The notes below the pieces were generated by a model, which had not been told where the DNA came from, did no database searches, and saw only the letters and a program-made list of their open reading frames with translations. Shown here in pieces: positions 53,781-64,000 of a stretch of 64,000 nt of DNA (position 1 is the stretch's first letter; every line of letters begins with the position of its first letter). The position numbers and the translations under genes were made by a program. Location: contig NC_082714.1 of assembly GCF_030144855.1 (NCBI RefSeq), positions 95,914,001-95,978,000 of the forward strand. Reading direction: 5' to 3'. The stretch is from Hypanus sabinus (lineage: Eukaryota).

Positions 53781-54861
53781 ATTGTGCTGTAGGTTCTATG
53801 GAGTGTATTTTATTAACACAGTAGGCCAGCAAAACTGTCTGAATTTATAAGACGTGTACTGAATTGAATTGACTTTCTTACAGACCTTCTTGATATACAT
53901 GAGGAGTAAAGATCTTTAGGTTATGAGGACAAAGGGAAACTATTTTAACATTGATGGAAGGAGTAGAAACTGCAAATCAGCAAAAAAAAATCAATAAACT
54001 GATGAAGGAAAGAAAAATGCTAGATGAGACGAGCAGGAGGCATTAGAGGAAATACAAAACGTTTACTTAGATAAGTTAAATAAAAACGGAAATCTGGAAA
54101 TAAACGTAGATCGCTTGAAGGCTCGTCCTGAGACCATAGATACTGAGGCTATGACATGGCGGAGAAATAAACAAGTGATTTGACTTTGCTTGTATGGAAA
54201 CAAGACAAAGGAAACCGTCCAGAAACGTTCAACAGCAGAGCAGTAACATACTGGGGAAAAAGTAGAAATGCTTTTTTTTTGTAGAAATATTTGGCACTGA
54301 AAAATAATAAATCACTGTGAGCTGACGACGTTCTGCGCAAATTTCTGTAAGTGATGGCACAGGAAACACATGTCTGTCCTGCAAATTTTAAATGTTTCCA
54401 CAAATATTTTCACCTTTTAAGAGAGGGAGTAGAGAGTGGGCGATATAAAGATGAAGAGAAAGGAAGGGGGCAGTGTGCGAAAGAGTGAAAGAGAGTTTAC
54501 CTCAGTACTATGGACGAAATCAATATGTTTATCAATACTGGAGTGCTGACATGGCAGCTCGGGAAGTGAAATGTAAATTAACAAACTCTGCTCCAGGCTG
54601 CTCTCAAAAACCTGTTTGGTTCCTAATATACACAATAATATGTTGGAACCAGAAGGTATGGTGTATAAGCAGATGGATTTGTTGGATTTCAATGAATATG
54701 TAACAGTAGAAGCAGTATTGTGGTCTTCTTACCGTTATATCAGACGATAAGAAGTAGGAATAGATTAGGACAATCGTCCCAACAAGTTTTCTCCGTCATT
54801 CCATCATTTCTCAATCATAATCACCTGCCTTCTCCCTGTAATCTTGATCAATCAAGGACTT

Positions 54862-55150
54862 GCAAAACACACAAAATGCTGGTGAAACTGAGCAGGCTAG
54901 GCAGAATCTATAAGAAGAAGTACAATTGACGTTTCGGGCCGAGACCCTTCGTCAGGACTAACTGAAAGAAAAGATAGTAAGAGATTTCAAAGTGGGAGGG
55001 GGAGGGGGAGATCCAAATGATAAGTGAAGGCAGGAGGGGGATGGGTGAAGCTAAGAGCTGGAAAGTAGATTGGCCAAAGGGATACAGAGCTGGAGAAGAG
55101 AAAGGATGAGGAGACGGGAGGCCTAGGGCGAAAGAAAGGGGGAGGGGAGC
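54862..55150 (-). mobile_element. Penelope 3' end insertion, specific to duplicon 2, with hammerhead motif
   Basis: Reverse complement contains tagtcCTGACGAagggtctcggcccGAAACGTC (54928-54960). The empty site in duplicon 1 reads caatcaatgacttatcaatc at ~27896. Confidence 0.85.
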
Positions 55151-55254
55151 ATGATTTATCAATCTCTACCTTCATTGCAGCCACAGATTCGGCCTCCATG
55201 TCCCTATATGTCTACAATATCCTCCTATTCACTACCCTCTGGCTGGAGTAGATA

Positions 55255-56475
<1,221 letters not shown>

Positions 56476-57370
56476 TCCTCAACATTATTTATCTATCAGT
56501 CTATCTGTCTGTTACCATCGCGACGATGTAAAACTTGCTTGCGTTCCAAAATTATTCAATTTCCTCTTTTAATAATAAGATTTATTATTACTATTATTGT
56601 TGCATATTCTCAGTTTGTCTATTGCGAATTGATGACTTGTCATTCTTTGTGTGTAGGTTTTCATCGATTCAATTGCACTTTTGCTTTACTCATTCTCTCT
56701 AATTATTATACATTTCCTTATTAATAATGAATATTATTATTGATAGTTTTTGTATTTTCGTAGTCTGTTTTCTTTTGCACACTGAACGTTTGCCAGTCTT
56801 TCTGTGTAGTATTTCATTGATTCTATTGTACGTTATTGCTCTACTATGAATGCATACAAGGAAATGAATCTTGATAATAACTTTATTTTAAACATTAAAC
56901 TTTGACCATGAGCCGTCTGGTATTTATGAATATTAGCGATCAGTTTTATTTAAATCCCGACAGTAAAAGAAAAGTAACAGCATGTTTATGACATAGGTTT
57001 TCCCAAAGCAGGAACCGGGCCAATAAATTTATCAGTCTGTTTTGAAGACGGTTACAGGGATTTTGTGCCTCAAACAGGCTTGGTCGGTCGCTGAGGCAGA
57101 CATTAGCTACATGTTGCTGAATGCAGCCGTCAATAGAATGTCTAAAGTCATGCCAACCCCAATGCCTTTCCTAGATATTCATCAGATTGGATTGATTTGG
57201 ACGTTTGATATAACATAGCAAAATAAAAATATATTGAAGAATGTGTTAATATTTTAACGGTCATTCGCAAGAAATGGATTCCAGAGGACAGGTGGTTAGT
57301 CTCCGCCCCCAACATGTCTCTGCCCCCTCCTACTCATTAACATCCCCGATTAATAAAGAGGCCGGAGTGT

Positions 57371-57381
57371 CCAATTTGCAG
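57371..57381 (+). promoter_or_regulatory. Octamer-like promoter element of IgL cluster 2 (ccaATTTGCAG)
   Basis: 7/8 match to ATTTGCAT at 57374-57381, 85 bp upstream of the ATG, in the orientation typical of Ig light-chain promoters. Confidence 0.55.
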
Positions 57382-57458
57382 ACACTAGAACCGGAGCCGC
57401 TCCGGGTGTTTGCACAACAGCGCACGGCTGGACGTTAGGACGCTCACTGACCGAAGGA

Positions 57459-57507
57459 ATGTCGCCAGTTCTGCATCTCCTGTGGGCTCTAGTGGTCCAT
57501 TTACCAG
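57459..57507 (+). CDS. IgL cluster 2 leader exon
   Basis: ATG at 57459; 16 mostly hydrophobic codons + G, then donor GTGAG at 57508. Confidence 0.9.
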
Positions 57508-58998
57508 GTGAGAGACGGGTTTGTTAACGCACGAATTATCCGCAAAGAAATTCGTTGAAACTTTGAAAGACAGTTTTCTGCGAGTCTTCGGTGATCGATA
57601 ACACTTCTGACAACTGCAAGTCACCCTGTAATTTTGTTGTCTTACTGCAGGTATCCTGGCGGTCCCAGTCCTCAATCAGAACCCAGTGTCCGGTCCTGTC
57701 TCCGCGGGACAGACTGCCCGCTTAGAGTGTCGGATACAGAATGGAAAAGTTGCAGGTACCTATATTGGGTGGGACCGACATCATCCCGGGAGGAGACCGG
57801 AGGGGGTGATAGGTCATAGATCGGATAATAGCATTTTCAGAGGACCCGGCATCACAGAACGTTTCCAACCGTCCAGAGACACCTCCACCAACAGTCACAT
57901 CCTGACCATCGGCAGCTTGGAACCCGGCGACTCGGCCGTCTATTACTGCAGAGTGTGGGATAGTGCTTGGTTCTATGGTCCGGGGACGATCCTGGAGATA
58001 AAGAGTAAGTAATCCTCACGTTTTATATCAAATCACGCTTCCGACGAATTCCCCATTTCAATCGTACTGCTGGCTGGCTCTACACTGCCGCAGTCTCAAT
58101 CTGTCGAATTAATTCCACCTTTGGTTCATCCTTTGAAATTTCCCACACGACGCAGCAAGACTCGAAAGTCCGGTCTTTTAACCCGTTAACCCCTTCTTCT
58201 TATTCCAACCCTAAATTTCAGAGAGGTCAATCGTCCAAACCACTCCAATCCCAGGGCGCTCCCGTCTATGAACAGCTAAACTGAAATATCCGTAAATACA
58301 TTATAGATAGAAATTAGATTTGGGGATTAGTTGGGGTCTCCCCCCAACCCCTGTAACACCCCAGGTACCGCCCTCAGCAAAGAGACCATTACCACCAGTA
58401 TAGCACGAAATGCGTGGAAATTACCAGACCTGACCTAAGGGGTGGGCAACAATTCACCAGTACCAGGCTTGAGGATGGCCACCAATTCCATGCTAGCATC
58501 TGTCGATGGGTCGAATGGTCGCATTCTGTGCCCAACTTTTCGTTGATTGTATAGTTAGTGCATTGTGATCATGCTCTGTCGGGAGTTCAGTCAGTGGGTG
58601 ACGCTGTTTAGGAAATGCACACATTAATGATAATATTTGCCTCCTCCTCCCACCACCTTTCTCACACAGGTAGCGAGAGCAGAAAGCCCTCGGTTCTCCT
58701 CCTGCCTCCCTCCTCGGAGGAGACTGGCTCGGGTTCTGCCACTCTATCCTGCCTCGTGAGCGGTTTTAAGCCTGGCTTGGTCGCGCTGCGCTGGAGCGTG
58801 GATGGCGTCGAGACAGAGAGTGACGTGACGACTAGCGCCGTGTCCACGGACACCGACCAGACCTACAGACTGAGCAGTTACCTGCGGGTTCCCGTCGCTG
58901 CCTGGAACAAGGGCTCGAGCTATTCCTGCAGCGTGAGTCACAGCTCGCTGAGCTCGCCGCTGCGCAACACCATCTCTTGGTCCGCCTGTGGGCAGTGA
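57459..58998 (+). CDS. Immunoglobulin light chain, germline-joined VJ-C cluster 2 (type I / sigma-cart-like), intact; join(57459..57507,57651..58004,58670..58998), 243 aa
   Basis: The three exons have GT-AG phase-1 junctions and splice to 732 nt with no internal stop. Leader MSPVLHLLWALVVHLPG; V has Cys23, Trp41, YYC104; J-like YGPGTILEIK; C1-set domain ending ..SACGQ*. Isotype is assigned from remembered similarity to shark type I chains (VPVLNQ.., SEDRKPSVLLLPPSSEE..), not from a search. Confidence 0.92.
57651..58004 (+). CDS. IgL cluster 2 pre-joined VJ exon
   Basis: Acceptor ttactgcag ends at 57650. Continuous V-CDR3-J frame (..YYCRVWDSAWFYGPGTILEIK) with no heptamer/nonamer between V and J. 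Donor A|GTAAGT at 58005. Confidence 0.93.
58670..58998 (+). CDS. IgL cluster 2 constant exon
   Basis: Acceptor ctttctcacacag. SESRKPSVLLLPPSSEE..ATLSCLVSGF..W..SSYL..WNKGSSYSCSVSH..SACGQ*; both domain Cys and the C-terminal Cys are present. Confidence 0.95.
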
Positions 58999-59114
58999 GG
59001 CCCCGCCGGGTGGCAGCTCACGAACGCAGTGAAACCCGCTCTGGGGCTGTGCAGCCGCCTTCTGCAATGTAATTCTGCCGTAAATATCAATTTCTGGGAA
59101 CTAAGAAAATGTTT

Positions 59115-59120
59115 AATAAA
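59115..59120 (+). terminator. Candidate polyadenylation signal, IgL cluster 2
   Basis: AATAAA 117 bp after the stop; conserved at 34320-34325 in cluster 1. Another AATAAA lies at 59282. Confidence 0.6.
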
Positions 59121-60999
59121 TTCAAAGATGAATGTTTTGAATGCGCATCGTTTGCGACGAGTGATACTATGTAGAATGTTTCTCACTATGCTGTGTCTAA
59201 TCTTCTGCTTTTTATAGAATGGGGAGAGATTCACCAGGATACAATGACCGTATTGTGATTGACTTTTGTAACACAGCACTTAATAAAGAGCCAACTCAGC
59301 GGCGGGTTTACAGTTGGTCTCGCTTTACTCAACTGCTCTTTATGCCTTGAATGAATTAGTAGCGAGTAACATGACGAGCTTGAACTACCGTACATAGACT
59401 TACAGTCAAGACAGTTCAAACGGATTATCCGTCCCTGCTTATCAATGCCGATCTCTGTGTACTCCACCTTCAAGGATCAATAATCAACGTTATTTACCGT
59501 ATGCAGTTCAATACATTAGGAATTTGCTGTGATGTGTTGGCGTTACATGAAACAGGGCATTCAAGAATTAAAAGGATTAATTATATGAAAATAAAGTTAA
59601 AAATCAGCTTATGGAATGAAATGTGCACAACTACATAAATAGCAGCATCTATGTGCAATGTAAGCAACACATAAAGCAAGATTAAATATATTTACAGTTC
59701 ATTGCAGTCACTGGGATAACAGATAGAGGAGTGTGGGTTGCTACAAATGGTTGATCAGATTCATAACCTGAGAAAGTAACACAGTCAAATTGCTGGAGGA
59801 AATCATCATGTTTGGCTGGATCTATGGAAAGCTCTCGGCTCGAAACGTCGACTGTTTATTCCTTTCCACAGATGCTCCCTGACCTGATGAGTTCCTCCAA
59901 CATTCTGCATCTGCTGCTCCAAATTTCCAGCATTCGCAGAATCACTTGATTGCCTGGGGGAAAATATTTTTATAGTGATGGAGATGGAGTGAAATGTTTG
60001 TTTCGATAGTTTTAAAACACTCTTCTCTAGGTCATTTTTTTGGGGGAGAAAAATCAGTTTGCAAGGTGCGTAGTGTCGGCAATGATGTTTTCCTGCCCGC
60101 TTCTTTGTCTGGGACACATGCAAGTCCTCCAGTGCTGGTCGACTGTAGCCAAAGACATATTCAGTTTATCAGGCAATGTTTTGTCAGGGAATGCTGCAGC
60201 AAACCAGATAGTAATGGCTGACGTGAGGCTGTTCTCTCGTTCGGCAGTGTAGAATTGCACCTCCCACCTTCACCTGTTCCTCTGCTTATATTCTTTCTAT
60301 CCCGCCCCCCACACTTGTTTATCCGGCAAATCCTTAAACATAGACTTCTTCTGGGCCCCAACCACTCCCTGACGTCATCGTGTTCACATATCGGCCACTC
60401 TCTGAGCAAACTCTTACCTCCCACCGTGAGTGGGACACTGTAATGTTGGTTCCCCGTAGCTTGGGTTTTGCCTGCATCTGAGTTATTGATTCGCTCAATC
60501 CATTCACGCATAAGTCTCATAGCTTCAAGAGCCCACTGTTCTGCCCCCTTTTAATTACCGTACATCTCGTGGGTGTGGTGGGTGGGGGGAGTGGTAATGG
60601 CAATAGCTTATTTAACCACCTGAATAAGTGATCTGAGCACATCCGATGGGAAGTGTCTACTCCATTTCCAATGCGTCGCTGTTGAGACGCGCGGTCTGGT
60701 TCCTTGCGCAATAGTTCTGTCAGAGGAATATTTAAAAGTTCGCAGAAGAGGAATATAATTATATAACGCACGGAATCTGGGTTAGATCTCTGTGATAGAC
60801 AGTTACTCTATCTGAAGTTACACTTCACTGTCATACTGACATTTTTTCAACAAACCCATTTTATATCCAATTGACAATCTCATCGCAAAATTATGATCTT
60901 ATTGATAAGCCTACTATGAGATACCTCGTCTAAATTCACCGTGGAAAACAGTGGCAGGAGGCCGGATATTCCAGAGGGTCGGGGGCAGATGTCTGTGAA

Positions 61000-62400
61000 C
61001 CTGGCATTCCCAGGGACAATCATCTCGGAGGAATAAACGGTCTGCATGTACATAACTCACCTGGACAAGTTAGTTTCACCCAGGGGCCCTGAAAGTGGTG
61101 GCTGAAGGGATTGTGGAGACATTACCAATGATCTTGCACGAATAAATTGATTTTGGCCTAGTTCCGGAGGAATGGTAAATTGCACATGTCACTCCACTCT
61201 TTAAGAAAGGAGAGAGGCAGAAGAAAGAAAAACATAGGCCAGTTAGTCTGACGTCAATAGTTGGAAGGATGTTGGAATCGATTGTTAAGGTTGTGGTTTC
61301 GTGGTACTTGGCGGCTCATGATAAAGTAGTTTAGAGGCAGCGTGGTGTCCTTATGGGAAATATTATCTGACATGTCTTCTAGAATTCTTTGAAGATATGA
61401 CATGCGGGGTAGACAATGGAGAATCGGTGGGTGTTGTGCACTTGGAGTTTCAGAAGAAATTGACAAGGTACCACACATGAGGCTGCGTAACAAATTAAGA
61501 GCCAGTGGTATTGCAAGAAAGATGCTAGCATGGGGAAAGCACTGGCCGATTAAAAGGAGGCAAAAAGCAGAATAACATGAGCCTTCACAGGTCGGCAGAT
61601 GGTGACAGTCGTGTTACACAGAGTCTCTGATGGGGCTGATTTTTTTTTAAATTTATTATATGTCACTGACCTGGATGGAGGAATTGATGGCTTTGTGGGT
61701 GGTTTCTCAGAAGGCATTTAGCTTGGAGGAAATGTAGAGGCTACAGATTGACTTAGACAGCTTAGAGAAATCTGCAAAGGAGTAGCAGATGGCATACAGT
61801 ATCGTTCACCTTGGTAGAAGAAATAAAAGTGTTGACTATTTTCTAAATTGAAAGAAAATTCCAGAATCTCAGGCGCAAAGCAGCTTGGAGTCCTTGAGCA
61901 GGATTTCAAAAATATTAATTTGCAGGTCGAGTTGTTGGTGAGGAAGGTAACTGTGATGTTATCATCAGGTGGAAGGTAACAGTTATGTGAACATCAGCTG
62001 GACGAACATAAAAGCAAGGATATAATATTGAGTTTTCATAAAACATTGGTAAGGCCTTACTTGGTGTACTGTGTGCAGTTTCGGCCTCTTAACCTATCAA
62101 GAGTGTGCTGATATTGGAGAGGGTTCTTAGGGGTTCGAAAAAATGTTTCCGGGTTTGAAAGGCCTTTCACATAAAGAACGTTATATGGCTCTGGGCCTGT
62201 ACTCTCTGGAAATTAGAAAGGGGTGACCTCATTGAAACCATCGAACGTTGAAAAGGCTCGTTAAAGTGGAGGTGGAGAGAATGTTCCCGATTTGGGTGAG
62301 TCCAAGTCCGGAGAACACAGCATCAAAATAGAGGCGCGTACTTTCAGAGCGGAGCTGGGGAGGAATGTCTTCAGCCAGTGTCACTCGGTTCCCATATGGC
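61000..62400 (+). mobile_element. CR1-type LINE RT fragment, paralogous to the host CR1 at 1-1750
   Basis: Shares unusual sequence states with 1-130 and 685-1560 (gaagatatgacatgc, tgtgcacttggagtttcagaag, gagtctctgatg, tttctcagaag, cttgagcaggattt). Confidence 0.85.
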
Positions 62401-62409
62401 CAACGTGCG

Positions 62410-64000
62410 GAGTGAGGGACACTGAAGCTGGTCGACAGTTTACAGACTTCAATGCGAACAATGTTAAAGGGAAAAGAAAACAATAAATGCCAGGCCAAAC
62501 AGAGCCATTAACTAAAACTTTCAAATGGAAAACGAAGCCTACACTGTGGTTGAAATGAATATCTAAGAAATGAATCTTACTTTGTCCTTAGCCATCCGTA
62601 TTTATCTGTCAATGTATCACTGAAATTAGCAGAATAAAACTTATTCAATCTACTCCCTGAACAAATAAGTATCAAGAAACGCAAATAATAACAAAAATGG
62701 CAACGAACTGCACAGCCAGTTATATCTCTTCCAGACCCTACCAATAGAGATTAACCAAAATCAATTCAAAGAATTCAATTCAATTCAAGATGTTACCAAG
62801 GTATATTTGGCAGGGTAAAAGGCCTGGAGTACATCTGAAAACTTTGCAATTAGCAAAGGAAAAGGGGGGATGGGGCTTCTCTTGGAGATTATTATTTTGC
62901 AGCACAACTGAGAGCTGTGATATGTTGCTGCAACCCATCATATGACGCTGAATGGAAAAAACATTGAGGATCGGTTACTTCCCAGCCCCGTACAAGCAAT
63001 TTTGGCTGACAACAACCTGCAATGGTACATCAATACTATTGATAACCCATGGGTGAAATTGTCTCTTAAAATATGGAAAACTACTATAAAAGAAAATAAT
63101 CTAGAGTGAGATATTGCAATTCTTAAATGGTGTGCATATGACTCAGATTTTACACCAGATAAACTGGATGCGAGATTTAAGGAATGGACAGCTAAAGGAA
63201 TAACTGTACTTTGCAACATAATGAAAGAAGGAACACTGTTCAGTTCTGAAATACTTAAAGAGAAACACTTATTAGAGAAACAAGATTTTTATCGGTATTT
63301 ACAGATGCAACAATATGTTAATAAAACCATTAAAATGTAACCAAGGCAAGTACGTGCTTGATAGAGCTATTTAGAAAAGCATATAATTCAGATAACGGTA
63401 GTAGAATCACTTCAAACATGTATAAGGGGTTGTAAAATCTTAAAACACATTCGACTTCACACATTGAAACAAAATGGGAGAAGGAAGGAGGGGTAATTAT
63501 ATCTGAGGAGGAATGGACAATAATATGGAGGTATCGACGGAAGTGTACCAGTTCAAAGAAATGGGGGGAGTTTGGATGGAAAATCTTGATAAGATATTTG
63601 ATTACACCCTCTCAGAAATCCCATTATGATAGTAACCTCCCTGTTTGCTGGAGAAATTGTGGAAATCAAAGTGCAAATCATTATCATATTTTTTGGGACT
63701 ATCCGGCTATTAAAGACTATTGGAGGGGGATACACAATGCCCTACAAGATATATTTAAATGTGAAATGCCCTTAGAGAGTAAGACCATATATTTTGGATA
63801 TATACATCAAGAATGGTTGAAAAGAGATAAATATTTAATGAATATACTGTTGGTGGCTGGTAAAGAGACTCTTACTAGGAAATGCTTATCACGGTAGAGT
63901 CCAACTTTAAATGCATGGATGGAAATTACAATGGACATTTCCAAAATGGAGAAGATAACAGCATCTGGTAATCATAAGCTTGAACAATTTCATTCAAAAC
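62410..64000 (+). mobile_element. L1-clade LINE ORF2 3' part (same family as 20331-23365), runs off the window
   Basis: RYLITPSQKSHYDSNLPVCWRNCGNQSANHYHIFW (63586-63897) matches the 20426-20764 minus ORF. Confidence 0.85.

Overview
Vertebrate genomic DNA from a cartilaginous fish (elasmobranch; a ray/skate is likely but inferred), mostly decayed transposons (CR1-type, L1-clade, Penelope, Gypsy, RTE-like, Tc1) with six N gaps. The only host genes I can support are two same-strand immunoglobulin light-chain clusters about 25 kb apart. Each is leader exon - pre-joined VJ exon (no RSS) - C exon and most resembles the cartilaginous-fish type I / sigma-cart isotype. Cluster 2 (57459-58998) is an intact 243-aa reading frame. 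Cluster 1 (32337-34203) has a TGG>TGA stop in the C exon. The clusters lie in an old ~12-13 kb duplicated block, and a shared CR1 copy predicts a third cluster just upstream of the window. Germline-joined light chains are already known in elasmobranchs. The most interesting points here are: both V domains share unusual substitutions at VH-VL interface positions (WDRH in FR2, YGPG for FGxG); the two VJ junctions differ in length; differences concentrate in the CDRs; a Sleeping-Beauty-like Tc1 sits in duplicon 2; and Penelope ends carry minimal hammerhead ribozyme motifs. All alignments and counts were done by eye, no database searches were run, and TE boundaries are approximate.
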